DNA from: Felis catus
Taxonomy: Eukaryota
DNA length: 64,000 bases
Direction: 5' to 3'
Assembly: GCF_018350175.1 (NCBI RefSeq)
Contig: NC_058368.1
Location: forward strand, 25,422,001-25,486,000
Shown one piece after another: positions 51,993 to 61,103 of this stretch. The notes under the pieces are model-generated. The model was not told the DNA's origin. It did not search any database and saw nothing but the letters and a program-made list of their open reading frames with translations. The first letter of the stretch is position 1. Each line of letters starts with the position of its first letter. A program made the position numbers and the translations under genes.

Positions 51993-54900
51993 TTCTCTCA
52001 CACACACACACACACAAATACACATGTACACACGTGATATTCAAACTTCTAAAAATAAAGTTTAAAAAAATATGCTAGAAGACATAGGAGAAAAGACATA
52101 TTATATACAGAAGAATGAAGATAAGAATTAAAAGAATTACAACAGACTTCTCACCAGAAATTAAACAAATCTTTTAAGAAATAAAAGAAAAAAACCATCA
52201 ATCCAGAATTCTTAACCTAGTAGAGTATCTTTTTTAAATGAAAAGGGCTGTTTAAACAAAGCTGAGAAAATGCATTTCCAACAGTCTTGTACTACAAGAA
52301 ATGTTAAAGGCAGTTCTTCAAAAGCAGATGGAACATAATACCAGATGGAAAAATGATCTTAAAAACAAGCCAACAAAAAACTAAAGGCTCTAGAAATAGT
52401 TAAAATAAAAGCAAATATGGTAATTTTTTTTATTTTTAATCACTCAGAAAGATAAATGTCAAAAGCAAAAATATATCAGGCTCAGTCAGTTCAGCGACGA
52501 CTCTTGATTTTGGCTCAGGTCAAGATCTCATGGTTTGTGAGTTGAAGCCTCCAGTTGTTCAGGCTCCGCACTGACAGCACAGAACCTGCTGGGGATTCTC
52601 TCTCTTTCTCTCTCTCTCTCTCTGCTCCTCCTCTGCTCGTGTACTCTCTCTCAAAATAAATGAACGTTTAAAAAAATATTTATCTTCTAATTTACTTTAC
52701 AAAACAAAATCATATGAAAACTCTAGATACTTGAGAAGGTAGTGTAGATATTCCAGACAAAGTCTGTAGTCTAGATGTTGTGAGTAAACATGATCATGTG
52801 AATATATGAAAAAACATTCTATTTGATTACTTCATGTACAAATACTACTTTTCAAGCATGAGGACTTTTAAATACCAGACGCAGAAGGAGGCTCCCGTCC
52901 TGTTCCCTTGTACTCACTAATACAAAACCATTTTCTCTCAAACCAAGCAAGCGAGAAGCCACATTAACTGAAACAACTATTTTTTTTTTTTTAATGTTTA
53001 TTTATTTTTGAGAGACAGAGTGTAAGCGGGGCAGTGGCAGAGAGAGAGACAGAATCTGAAGCAGGCTCCAGGCTCTGAGCTGTCAGCATAGAGCCTGACG
53101 CAGGGCTCGAACTCACGAACCGTGAGGTCATGACCTGAGCCAAAGTCGGGAGCTAACTGACAGAGCCACCCAGGCGCCCCCAACTGCAACTAATTCTAAG
53201 AAACAATTTTTTAAAGAAACAAAACAAGTTACTTTTTAAAAGAGAATGAAAAACTGGCCCCATTAGGTACATTTCTTCAGCTGTCTTCTTTTCTTAAAGC
53301 ACCTGGAATAGAATGAAAAAGCAAGAAGGGGTGTGCTGGGGTCACAAACTTTCCTGTTCTAACCTCTCATTCACTCCTGCCTCTCCTGGCTAGCTCGGTC
53401 AGTAGAGCATAGACCCTGGATCTCAGAGTCGTGAGTTCGAGCTCAAGCTCCATGTTGGGCACAGACATTATTTAAAAAAATAAATAAGTAAAAAAACTGA
53501 CTCTCATTAACTCATTCACTCCTGAGTCCTCTGACACACTATACATGCTAGCTTCCAGATGGAGCATTTACCATCAGAGAGAAGAGCACAAATCTAGGTA
53601 CCTGTCAGGCCTAGAGAGCTATTGTATAGTTTATGCAAATGGTACGTTAACATATTAAATAATAATTATAATAAACAATCAACCTTGCCTGACCAGCTAA
53701 GCAGGTCCAGGAAAAAACCAAATACACCTTTCTCTCCCGAACTTTATTTCTTGTACATTTCCGGGTTGGAGAAAATCACTTTCATAATCTAAACAATTCA
53801 TTCCCTAAATGAAACCTGATGTTACTTTCTCTGCTTGAAGCAAATCATTGAAGACGTATAGATGGAATCTCAGAACCTTCAAGGCACTTAACGTTTTCTT
53901 TTCTTACCTTTGGTCTGAGTGACACCTATACCAGCATAGGATCACAAGATTCTAATCTACTCTTTCAAGTTATCAATCATGTGGGGAGAAAAGCATATGA
54001 ATAATACAGTACTTACAGCTCGCTTGCCATGTGCACTTAACATACGTGATTTCACTAAATTCTCACAATCACAACCCCTCATCAGACAGTAAGCATATTA
54101 TAATCCCCATTTTTTAAAGAAAAAAACAGGGGGTGCCTGGGTGGCTCAGTCGGTTAAGCGTCCGACTTCAGCCAGGTCACAATCTCGCGGTCCGTGAGTT
54201 CGAGCCCCGCGTTAGGCTATGGGCTGATGGCTCAGAGCCTGGAGCCTGTTTCCGATTCTGTGTCTCCCTCTCTCTCTGACCCTCGCCCGTTCATGCTCTC
54301 TCTCTGTCCCAAAAATAAATAAACGTTGAAAAAAAATTAAAAAAAAAAAGAAAAAAACAGGCTCAGAGAAGTTAAATATACTAAGCACACACAGTCTTTA
54401 GGAAAACAAGTTACAATTCATTTCAGGTAAATTTCAGGGTTAATTATTGCAGCATTTATGAAGAACTACTAAATTCAGCAGAAAGCAAAAGGCCCTCACT
54501 ACTAAAACAGATGAATCTTGGCTGCAAGAAACCAGTCTACCTAATATTCTACTTCAAATTCTTTCATCTAACACCAAAAAAAGAGAAAGATATAACGTCT
54601 TTCCAAAATATGACCAGTTCCTCTTCATAAAAGAGAAAGATATTTTCTAAAAAAGTTAACAGCTTTACGGTATTTACTGAAGCATCAGCTGGCCTTTTGC
54701 TATTCAACCAACTTGCTCAGTGCCAGCTGTTCAGGAAGTAATTTATCTTGTGAGAACTGTGAAACACTGCAGAAAATCCTTTACAGATACACTGTTTGGA
54801 GAAAATAAAAACTGAGCCATTCTTTTTTCAGCCCCAGTGTTAAGAGTGGTAACAGACAGGGGAACCTGGGTAGCTCAGTCGGTGGGTATCCGACTCTTAA

Positions 54901-55008
54901 TCTCGGCTCAGGTCATGATCTCACAGTTCCGTTCGTGTGTTGGGTTCCAAGCTGACAGTGCATGGAGCCTGCTTGGGATTCTCTCTCTCCCTCTCCCCCC
55001 CCCCCACC

Positions 55009-55067
<59 letters not shown>

Positions 55068-57244
55068 ACCCCTCCCCCACTTGTGCTTACGCTCTCTCTA
55101 GAAATAAACATTTAAAAAAAAAAGGGTGGTAACAGATACAAAAATTCAATTCCAGTCTTCCCATCAGACATAGAAACACTTTTAGTAAAGGGAAACAAGG
55201 GCTACAGAGAGCTGAAAAACAATGATCCCCCTGACAGATGCCCCAGACAGGAAAATAAAGGCCATTTCATTCTCACAGAAATCCCATACGTACACTGCAT
55301 ACACCAGAACACCTTCACTCAACCCTTGAACCTGGCAAGCTCATCTCCCACCTGTGACTTTGCATTGCTTTTTCCTCCACCCGCAAGGTTACTTCTCTAA
55401 TCTTTGCAAGGCTGGCATTTTGTTTCCCACCTTCCCACCGTGAGTTCTCGCCTTAGACTGTCACTTTCTTAGAGAGGCTTCCTTCCTTGTCTAGAGCATA
55501 CCTCAATCCCTGTCCGTCATACTATCTTGTTTTATTTTCCTTATACCATGGATCATTGTCTGAACTTACCCTGTTCTTTTCTACAAGCTCATGATCACAA
55601 TTATGTTAGCTCCAGGAAGCTAGGGAGCTTGATTTGCTTGTCTTTCTATCCTCAATTCCTAGCCCAGAACAGGCACAAAATAGATGTTAAACAACTGCAT
55701 GAGATTAATGTGGATACTATACCACATAAATATGAAAAAAAAAAAATAGGATGAAAACAAAAGATTCCATTTACTTCACTCCAAAACCTTTCTTTTGTGT
55801 TCAACGAGAATAGTAATAGTTTATGAGCTAAGACAATAAAAGCAAATTGGGTTACTTTTCTTGTGGACTATGTTCCCCACAGGTGCTGTGATGCCCAAGC
55901 ATCCTGCTTCTGTAACACGCCAAATCAACTATAACCGGACTGGAACATTTATAGAGCAAACAACTTCTGTTATCCAAAGCATAAAAGACTTTGATAGCCA
56001 AGTCAAAGAAATTTCCACCTGTTTCCTCATTTATTTCAGCATTGCATCCTACAGGTGAACAGAGAAACCCAAGAAAGAACACCTGTATTTTATGGCAGAG
56101 GACGTTAACAGTGAAAGTGAACTTTCAAAGTTCTTACTCTCTAAAACTTGAGGGTAGAAAAAAATAGTTTAAGTCTCTAAAAACAATCCACCTTTGGACA
56201 CAATCCCAAATCCTGTAAAATGAGTGCTTCCAACATAAAAAAAAATTATTATTAATAAAACAATAATCCTAAACCTGGCCCTCAAACCAGAAAAAAGTCT
56301 GTCCATCTGACAATTCGTAAGATGTTCTTTTTGATATTGTAACTACTTGAGCTGAATTACACAAGCGATAATATGCATAACAACCCAATAATAACTAGGA
56401 TTAAAAACACTGACACCACCGAAAGCCAGCATTACCTAATAATGCACTGACCCAGCTTTCAAAGAACATTCTTTTCTATTGCTCGGCTACCGGTCAGATA
56501 AATCGATCTCCCATAATCTGCACTTGATGGAGAGCTCATTGCTCTGTGTGCGCTGAATGAAACCCTCACTCGGGATCAAGTTTTTGTCTCTCCAAGTGCC
56601 CCATGGAAAAAGGAAGCTGGGTTATTCATTAAGGCGGTAAATGAATACTAATAAGGAGGCTGTCCTGAAGCAAAGCACTTCGGGGGTCGGTGCCCTCTCC
56701 TGGGAGATGGTGGGCAGCAGGATTATGCCTCAGCTGATAGCACGGATACCCGGGGCAAGACGCCCACGGCAAGGCTCCCAGCCAACCGTCCCACACCGCA
56801 GGCGGAAGGCTGGGTGCCCGCCAACACCAGCCACTGGACGCCCCCGCAGTCGTCCCCGTGCGAGAGTAGAGTTGGCGGTCGCCGGCAGAGCCAGGCCTGA
56901 CAGCCCGGGAGGGCGAGGCGCCTCTCCCACCGGAGCTGCCACCGTGGCCGGGGAGGAGGGAGAAGAGACCGCGGGCAAGAGTCTGCAAGGCCGGGGCCCA
57001 CCGGCACGCCGAAGAAGCATCCCAGCTCGCTTTCTCGCCGCCCCAGCCCAGTCCCAGCCCGTCACCTCACCTCGGCCGGCACAGGCAGGTTCTCCACCGC
57101 CGCCTTCAGCTCCAACACCGAGTCCGTCTGCCTGTCGGTCAGCGGCGCCGTCGTGTCGGGTCTCCGATCCCAGAGAGCCAGCTTCTCCCGAGCGTCCCGC
57201 TCTGCCGCCGCCTCAGGCGGCAGCAAGAGCGCCGCCTCCGCCAT
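2389..57244 (-). CDS. COG3: COG3, spliced CDS exons 1-19 (3'-partial; remaining exons are outside the window)
   Basis: 19 exons join in frame through GT-AG introns (2154 nt). The translation [30 protein letters not shown]...EQLEEFMTK matches mammalian COG3 as I recall it. Confidence 0.98.
2633..2721 (-). CDS. COG3: COG3 exon 18 (89 nt)
   Basis: ttcgcag|[40 protein letters not shown]. Confidence 0.96.
3632..3855 (+). mobile_element. SINEC_Fc-type SINE
   Basis: GGGGCACCTGGGTGGCTCAGTCGGTTAAG head, CT tract, A-tail. Confidence 0.92.
3959..4012 (+). mobile_element. Minimal L1 3'-tail insertion
   Basis: 20-bp TSD ATTAGAAATTAAGTGAAAGA (3939-3958 and 4013-4032); insert resembles the terminus of the L1 at 6470/20087. 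Confidence 0.7.
4293..4528 (+). mobile_element. SINEC_Fc-type SINE
   Basis: tRNA-like head, CT tract, A-tail. Confidence 0.92.
5761..5881 (-). CDS. COG3: COG3 exon 17 (121 nt)
   Basis: tttag|[50 protein letters not shown]. Confidence 0.96.
6470..6927 (+). mobile_element. 5'-truncated carnivore L1 (ORF2 C-terminus, 3' UTR, A-tail)
   Basis: AAAGTATGGAAAGAGCCCAAATGTCCATC motif; A-tail; diverged TSD-like GAGAGTGGCTGCACCGGGCA/GAGAGCGGCCACATGGGCA. Confidence 0.9.
8295..8335. repeat. (TG)n microsatellite
   Basis: ~20 TG units. Confidence 0.97.
8847..9179. mobile_element. Non-autonomous TcMar-Tigger element (Tigger3-like)
   Basis: Terminal inverted repeats CAACTGAACCTTGAACAAC...GCTGTTCAAGGGTCAACTG; preceded by TA. 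Confidence 0.8.
9337..9426 (-). CDS. COG3: COG3 exon 16 (90 nt)
   Basis: caccag|[42 protein letters not shown]. Confidence 0.96.
10019..10133 (+). mobile_element. Short Can-SINE
   Basis: GGGATGCCTGGCTGGCTCAG head; flanking CACTGAAT repeats. Confidence 0.8.
10408..10619 (-). mobile_element. Young SINEC_Fc SINE
   Basis: Perfect TSD TCAAGGATGCTGATTT; CpG-rich. Confidence 0.95.
11139..11263 (-). CDS. COG3: COG3 exon 15 (125 nt)
   Basis: ttttag|[52 protein letters not shown]. Confidence 0.96.
11415..11563 (+). mobile_element. Short Can-SINE
   Basis: Head plus A-rich tail; flanking AATGCCA repeats. Confidence 0.75.
11629..11676. repeat. (TG)n microsatellite
   Basis: ~23 TG units. Confidence 0.97.
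12305..12431 (+). mobile_element. Short Can-SINE
   Basis: GGGGCACCTGGCTGGCTCAG head, A-tail. Confidence 0.8.
12774..13808 (-). mobile_element. 5'-truncated carnivore L1, sense to COG3
   Basis: ORF2-like peptides ([23 protein letters not shown]); TSD AATACTTG(T/G)GTGA(T/C)TTT. Confidence 0.92.
15065..15605. mobile_element. hAT-Charlie MER3/MER33-like relic, interrupted by a SINE
   Basis: Ends CAGTACTGTCCAACAGA...GGCTACCATATTGAACAGCAC. Confidence 0.6.
15204..15430 (+). mobile_element. Young SINEC_Fc SINE
   Basis: TSD ATCATCACTTT; intact CpGs. Confidence 0.95.
16958..17063 (-). CDS. COG3: COG3 exon 14 (106 nt)
   Basis: acacag|[45 protein letters not shown]. Confidence 0.96.
17560..18203. repeat. 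Long inverted repeat (core arms 17584-17774 and 17996-18187, 221-nt spacer)
   Basis: Manual alignment of the core arms: 13 mismatches plus 1 gap in ~192 nt. Confidence 0.95.
18551..18765 (+). mobile_element. SINEC_Fc-type SINE
   Basis: Head, CT tract, A-tail. Confidence 0.92.
18850..20085 (+). mobile_element. Old L1M-type 3' UTR relic
   Basis: Degenerate L1M motifs (AAATGTACCATACTAA, GGGAACTCTCTGTACTA). Confidence 0.6.
20087..20420 (+). mobile_element. L1 3' end nested in the older L1
   Basis: GAGGGTATTATGCTAAGTGAAAT...A-tail; TSD AAAATAAAATCTA. Confidence 0.88.
20657..20879 (+). mobile_element. SINEC_Fc-type SINE
   Basis: TSD AAGCTAATGATAATTA. Confidence 0.93.
21068..21578 (+). mobile_element. 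Two Can-SINEs (21068-21275 and 21361-21578)
   Basis: Two heads, each with CT tract and A-tail. Confidence 0.88.
22014..22691 (-). mobile_element. Young 5'-truncated L1 inserted into an older L1 3' end (~21705-22770, +)
   Basis: ORF2 C-terminal peptide [20 protein letters not shown]; perfect TSD TACACCCTAAACTTA. Confidence 0.92.
22786..22993 (+). mobile_element. Can-SINE
   Basis: Head, CT tract, A-tail. Confidence 0.88.
24613..24800 (+). mobile_element. Can-SINE inside old L1
   Basis: Flanking GGGA(A)CTTCCTC repeats. Confidence 0.88.
24932..25142 (-). mobile_element. Can-SINE inside old L1
   Basis: TSD TCTCACCATTTC. Confidence 0.9.
25465..25873 (+). mobile_element. Tandem pair of Can-SINEs (25465-25674 and 25682-25873)
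   Basis: Second head starts directly after the first A-tail. Confidence 0.85.
27347..27594 (-). mobile_element. SINEC_Fc SINE with (GA)n expansion
   Basis: TSD GAGAAATTAATT. Confidence 0.93.
28206..28412 (-). mobile_element. Can-SINE
   Basis: poly-T...CCACCCAGGCACCCC. Confidence 0.85.
28612..28836 (-). mobile_element. SINEC_Fc SINE
   Basis: TSD ATAATACTGCTTTT. Confidence 0.93.
28868..29093 (+). mobile_element. SINEC_Fc SINE
   Basis: TSD AAAGG(T/C)GTGATAATT. Confidence 0.93.
29510..29740 (+). mobile_element. Young SINEC_Fc SINE inside L1
   Basis: TSD AAAAAGATAAGAGATA. Confidence 0.95.
30349..30545 (-). mobile_element. Can-SINE inside L1
   Basis: Flanking AGAAATTTCT repeats. Confidence 0.8.
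30946..31134 (+). mobile_element. Can-SINE
   Basis: Flanking GTTCTAGATTCT repeats. Confidence 0.82.
31707..31867 (-). CDS. COG3: COG3 exon 13 (161 nt)
   Basis: tttatcag|[16 protein letters not shown]...DKLVMME; GAG|GTAGGG. Confidence 0.96.
33156..33295 (-). CDS. COG3: COG3 exon 12 (140 nt)
   Basis: ttgtag|[18 protein letters not shown]...DHVQNN; G|GTAAAT. Confidence 0.96.
33495..33724 (+). mobile_element. SINEC_Fc SINE
   Basis: TSD AAAAGCTCAAATCA. Confidence 0.92.
33866..34102 (-). mobile_element. Young SINEC_Fc SINE
   Basis: TSD GTAAGTATCCTTT. Confidence 0.95.
34222..34476 (+). mobile_element. SINEC_Fc SINE with (CT)n expansion
   Basis: TSD AAAGTACTTTGGACATA. Confidence 0.94.
34873..35099 (-). 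mobile_element. SINEC_Fc SINE
   Basis: TSD CCAATACAGGATTCTT. Confidence 0.94.
35265..35487 (-). mobile_element. SINEC_Fc SINE
   Basis: TSD CTGCAGTTAATTTT. Confidence 0.92.
35568..35823 (+). mobile_element. Can-SINE ending ~30 nt from the exon 11 donor
   Basis: Head, CT tract, A-tail. Confidence 0.85.
35855..35946 (-). CDS. COG3: COG3 exon 11 (92 nt)
   Basis: cctgcag|[41 protein letters not shown]. Confidence 0.96.
36546..36672 (-). CDS. COG3: COG3 exon 10 (127 nt)
   Basis: catcag|[18 protein letters not shown]...RDHCAL; TTG|GTAAGT. Confidence 0.96.
36947..37147 (+). mobile_element. Can-SINE
   Basis: Head, CT tract, A-tail. Confidence 0.88.
37350..37393 (-). CDS. COG3: COG3 exon 9 (44 nt)
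   Basis: tttgcag|[25 protein letters not shown]. Confidence 0.95.
38393..38592 (-). mobile_element. SINEC_Fc-type SINE
   Basis: poly-T...CCACCCAGGTGCCCC. Confidence 0.9.
39919..40122 (+). mobile_element. Can-SINE
   Basis: Flanking AAAATACT(T/C)CAC repeats. Confidence 0.87.
40611..40691 (-). CDS. COG3: COG3 exon 8 (81 nt)
   Basis: tctctag|[39 protein letters not shown]. Confidence 0.96.
41976..42101 (-). CDS. COG3: COG3 exon 7 (126 nt)
   Basis: tttatag|[18 protein letters not shown]...SQLLKR; AGG|GTGAGT. Confidence 0.96.
42243..42458. mobile_element. Short TcMar-like DNA transposon relic
   Basis: TA-flanked imperfect TIRs (TACGGGCTTCTCCCC...GGGGAAAACCTGTA). Confidence 0.5.
42822..43055 (+). 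mobile_element. Can-SINE abutting the exon 6 donor
   Basis: Head, CT tract, A-tail ending ~20 nt from the GT at 43075-43076. Confidence 0.9.
43077..43169 (-). CDS. COG3: COG3 exon 6 (93 nt)
   Basis: ttaaag|[43 protein letters not shown]. Confidence 0.96.
44421..44495 (-). CDS. COG3: COG3 exon 5 (75 nt)
   Basis: gcaag|[37 protein letters not shown]. Confidence 0.95.
45147..45312 (-). CDS. COG3: COG3 exon 4 (166 nt)
   Basis: ttttctag|[15 protein letters not shown]...LLKEQ; CAG|GTAATT. Confidence 0.96.
46301..46520 (+). mobile_element. SINEC_Fc SINE near the exon 3 donor
   Basis: TSD AAAGTTAGG. Confidence 0.92.
46556..46617 (-). CDS. COG3: COG3 exon 3 (62 nt)
   Basis: ttctag|[31 protein letters not shown]. 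Confidence 0.95.
48434..48663 (+). mobile_element. Can-SINE
   Basis: Flanking TAAAACACT(C/T)ACA repeats. Confidence 0.87.
48830..48976 (-). CDS. COG3: COG3 exon 2 (147 nt)
   Basis: ttttgaag|[15 protein letters not shown]...ETAQQ; CAG|GTGAAT. Confidence 0.96.
49891..50090 (+). mobile_element. SINEC_Fc-type SINE
   Basis: TSD AGAAATACAACCCTTT. Confidence 0.92.
50129..50369 (-). mobile_element. Can-SINE with (GA)n
   Basis: poly-T...CAGGCACCCC. Confidence 0.85.
51228..51461 (-). mobile_element. Can-SINE
   Basis: Flanking GCTATCTTT repeats. Confidence 0.87.
51700..52400 (+). mobile_element. Old L1 ORF1-region relic
   Basis: GAAGCTCAGAGAATCCCAAGC and CAGACTTCTCACCAGAAA motifs. Confidence 0.55.
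52479..52677 (+). mobile_element. Can-SINE, 5'-truncated
   Basis: GGCTCAGTCAG...CT tract, A-tail. Confidence 0.82.
52980..53181 (-). mobile_element. SINEC_Fc-type SINE
   Basis: poly-T...CCACCCAGGCGCCCC. Confidence 0.9.
54129..54358 (+). mobile_element. Young SINEC_Fc SINE
   Basis: TSD AAAGAAAAAAACAGG. Confidence 0.94.
54858..55123 (+). mobile_element. Can-SINE with (CT)n(GT)n
   Basis: TSD GTGGTAACAGA. Confidence 0.88.
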
Positions 57245-57700
57245 CGCCGCCGCCCCTGCGGCCCTCAACAGCAGCGGGGTGGAGGAGACCCCCACAGACA
57301 GGCCCTGGCCACTTCCGGGGGAGCCGGGGCTTCCAGCAAGGCACCGGCGGCGGGGCGGAGCGGAATACCCTGACTCCGGAAGTGCTTCTACAGTGTGTGT
57401 GGGCGGGACCGAGGCCAGGACAGACGTGGCTCTAAACGGGGTACAAATATTTCCGGTTGGGAAGGCGTAGAGGGAGAAGAATGTGGGCCCTGACGGAAAT
57501 AGATGTGCCCCTACCGGAAGTCTCTTCCTCACCTTCAATAACTTTATTGTAATGTGTGTTCAGGTTATTGACAATTGAGCTACGTGACCCTGCCGGCAGA
57601 GGTCCTCCTGGGCTCCCGGATCTACTCGCTGCTTCTGCTCACTGCCGAGTAGTCTGGGTGGGGAATGCGGTCTCTGATTTCCGTGGAGACATGTGACAGT
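56680..57700 (-). promoter_or_regulatory. CpG-island promoter of COG3, no obvious TATA box
   Basis: GC/CpG-dense block around exon 1; ETS cores CCGGAAGT at 57311-57318 (-), 57376-57383 and 57514-57521; GC box GGGGCGGAG at 57352-57360; ACGTGGC at 57424-57430. Confidence 0.9.
57071..57244 (-). CDS. COG3: COG3 exon 1, coding part (174 nt)
   Basis: Kozak GCGGCGATGG; MAEAALL...LPVPAE; donor GAG|GTGAGG. Confidence 0.97.
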
Positions 57701-57819
57701 TTCCACCGCCTAGATCACGATCACAGTATAAAATTTTCCAACATCCAGCAAGAAAGCCAACTTCAGAAAACACATAAGAATTCAAAAGATTTCTGAATAT
57801 CAAACACCATTAATAATAC

Positions 57820-58745
57820 TAGATAACTGGAAACAACCTAAATGCCCAACATTGAAGAACTGGATTAATTCATGGCACAGACATGTAATTGAAATACTAT
57901 TCTGTCACTTAAATCATGTAGTTTTTGAGCGACAGAACAATTATGGTATTGCATATATGTAAAATAAAAGTTATATATTCTATAACATAGAATAAAATAA
58001 ATCTCTGTGAGTCCATATTGATAAATAAATGATTGAATAAATAAGCGGGGGAGAAGGGATAACTCTACAGAGGAATTCCAATCAATAAATGTAGAATGAG
58101 GGAAAATAGTAATAACTGGCAGGCAAGATCTAACAATGGATTCTAAAATTAATGCGTGAAACTTTGAGGAGAAACAGAAATTGTATCAAATGATCTCCGC
58201 AAGATATTTATTAATAGCAATGGGGGGAGGGATATTAACTTTACAGTGGAAAAACCTGGCAAGTATTACCTTAAGCAAGCCACGGAAGTCAACATCATCA
58301 CCATGAATCCTTCCCAAAAATGCAAAACTACATTCTAATCATGAAAAAACATCAGATAAACTAAAAATGAGGGATAACCTGCAAAGCAGTTTAACAGTAT
58401 TCGTCAAAGGTCTTAATGTCATAAAAGACAAGGAAAAAAACCAAGGGAATGTTACACATTGAAGGAGATGAGGGAGCCATGGCAGCTGGATACATTGTAG
58501 GAATTTGGATTCGATCCTGGGACAGAAAAAGGGAAAACTGTAGAACAAAATATAGATATTTTAATAATGTCTATAATTTAGTTAATAGTACTGCACCAAT
58601 GTTAATTTCCCAGTTTTGATTATTGTATGTGGTTATGTAAGATGATAACATTGGGGGAACCTGAATGAAAGGCACACCTGAACTCTGTACTACTTTTGCA
58701 ACATTTCTGACATCTAAAATTCTCTCAAAGTCAAGAGTTAAAACT
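57820..58745 (+). mobile_element. Old L1M-type relic(s) upstream of COG3
   Basis: CTGGAAACAACCTAAATGCCC and GAACTCTGTACTACTTTTGCAAC motifs. Confidence 0.55.
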
Positions 58746-59071
58746 CTCATGTTGTAGAAAACACCTATCTACATAAACGAAGCTGGTTGGAATTACTAAT
58801 TATGTTTTTTTCTCTCTTTTTTTTTTTAATCACTGTTTCCCCATCAAACCATTCCACCACTATTTCCTAAAGAAAGTCATCTTGTAGATATGTTGAGACA
58901 GGTTGATCTTCTTGTTGAAGTATCTAAAACACACTTTGTCTTCTTCTATCCAGACTGATCTCTAGTTCCAAAAATTCCAGAAATACGGTTCTGTTGAGTT
59001 TTGTGATGTCAATTTTTCACCAAACATCATCCTTTTATATTCATCCAAATACAAACATTTTTTCTCCCAAG

Positions 59072-59260
59072 TTTTTTTTTTTTTTTATTTTAGAGAGAGA
59101 AAGTGAGTGGGGCTGGGCCACAGAGAGAGATTTTCTCTTGAGAGAAAATTCACATTCATTGTGGAGCCCAACATGGGGCTTGATCCCACAACCCTGGGAT
59201 CATGACCTGAGCAGAAACTAAGAGTCAGACAGTCAACCAACTGAGCTACCAAAATGCCCC
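59072..59260 (-). mobile_element. Can-SINE
   Basis: Flanking TCTCCCAA repeats. Confidence 0.8.
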
Positions 59261-59376
59261 TCTCCCAAATGTGTTTCTATTGCAGATTTTCCTAAATCCA
59301 CGATCACTCTACTTTCTAACAATTATGTGTAATTCTTTAAAATACATTTAGTAACTGGTGATTCATAATACTAAAG

Positions 59377-59785
59377 TGTCAGAGGAGGTCATTGAGAAGA
59401 CATGACCACAATTGACCTGAGAACTGGACTCTGGCAATCAGAGACTCCTTGTCTCTTCTTGGAATGTAACTTCTGTCCACCGTTCACACAGTGGAGGCTG
59501 TTTTCAAGGACATGGCCTTGAGAGAGCAATATGTGTTGAGACCATCTGGACTGAATACATGCCTGAACCCAATGTAGGCTTCTATATAAACTTTTAAGAT
59601 TCTGGCAGGTGGGTGCAAAGATCTACTTGTTTCCCAGCTGACCTCTTTAATAAGACTTCCCTTGCTTATTAAACCTGCCACCTGCCAATCAAGAATGGCC
59701 TGCCACCTTCTTCGGTCTCTCATTGCCTTCCAACGGTGCGCTCCAGTTTCTAATTTCACCCAGGGAATCCTGAAGCTTCAAACTA
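59377..59785 (+). mobile_element. Solo LTR-like element
   Basis: TG start, TATATAAA at ~59583, ATTAAA poly(A)-like signal at ~59668; resembles carnivore ERV LTRs. Confidence 0.5.
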
Positions 59786-60259
59786 ACTTAAAGGGATGGA
59801 GTGCAGGTCATGGTGCCCATGGAAAAAGATTTGAGCCAAGGCTGAATGTTTAATCAGCTGCTGTGAGATCAAATGTGGGGAGAGGAAAATAGATATGCAG
59901 CATAATAATGCCTGGTCTATTCTTACACTGAAGAACTGAGAGAGCTAAAAAAGCAGTGCCTGGAAGATCCAGCAGTCACCAGCTGGCTCTGCAAGGGTGG
60001 GAGACAAGAGCGAGAAAATAGAGTAACAGCAGTCTTCGCTGGGTGTTTTAATTTTGCAGAGCACTAGCATAGAAATATATGCATTTAAACGATGCAATGG
60101 TTGTTCAAACTCTACTAGAAATGTGGTATACAATATACTGAATCCTTCTGCTTCAGACTGTAATGCTCATTTCTGTATGGACAAATATTGTCTAGTCCCC
60201 CCCCAAAAAAATTACAAGTTCCTAAAAGGAATCCGCCTTTTTAAAAATGCCAATGCCAA

Positions 60260-60485
<226 letters not shown>

Positions 60486-61103
60486 ATGAATCCACTTTTA
60501 CTCTCGTATTACAAGTCAAGTCATTTCCTGTTTTCTGCTAGAAAAACAGCAGATCAGCTTATCCCCAGAAGCACTAGCCAACAGGACAAATAAAATTGCA
60601 GATTTAATTTTCTACTATAATTCTTCCAGTGCATTTAAGAATTTCTAATTGTTTCCATAAAATCAATGAAATTGATATAGCAAAAGCTCATATTGTATAT
60701 ACCCATACATATATACATATAAGATACACATATGTATTCTGGGTGTGTGTGTGTGTGTACGAGAGACAATAAGAAGACAGGATTGCATAGACTATCTCGA
60801 GAAAAGGACAAAGATGAGGTCAGAGGAGTTTCATGCCCAAACGATCAAGGTCCCCATATCACAACAGATGACATTTTGTATTATTCAGATTTCACTTTCG
60901 ATCTCTTGATTGAAATCCTATGAGTAAGGCAGCAGAGGAGTTATTCTCTTTCATTTATAGAGATAAGCAAATGGAACACAAGATGGGGCCCAACCCACAC
61001 TACCAGCCCAGAGCCTGCTTGGCATTCTTTCTCTCTCTCCCTCTCTCTCTCTGCCCCTCCCCTGCTCTCTGTCTCTCTGTGTCAATAGATAAACAAACAT
61101 GAC

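Noticed and set aside
3643..55115. Many similar 60-110 aa ORFs (MAQSVK..., ...SLSLKNK) that look like a gene family
   Set aside because: All are translations of SINEC copies.
56641..57435. 264-aa plus-strand ORF antisense to exon 1
   Set aside because: Pro/Ala/Arg-rich, no recognisable domain; stop-poor frames are expected in a CpG island.
57245..57538. In-frame upstream extension of COG3 from a TTG
   Set aside because: Runs through the promoter ETS/GC boxes; the ATG at 57244 has strong Kozak context and matches the known N-terminus.
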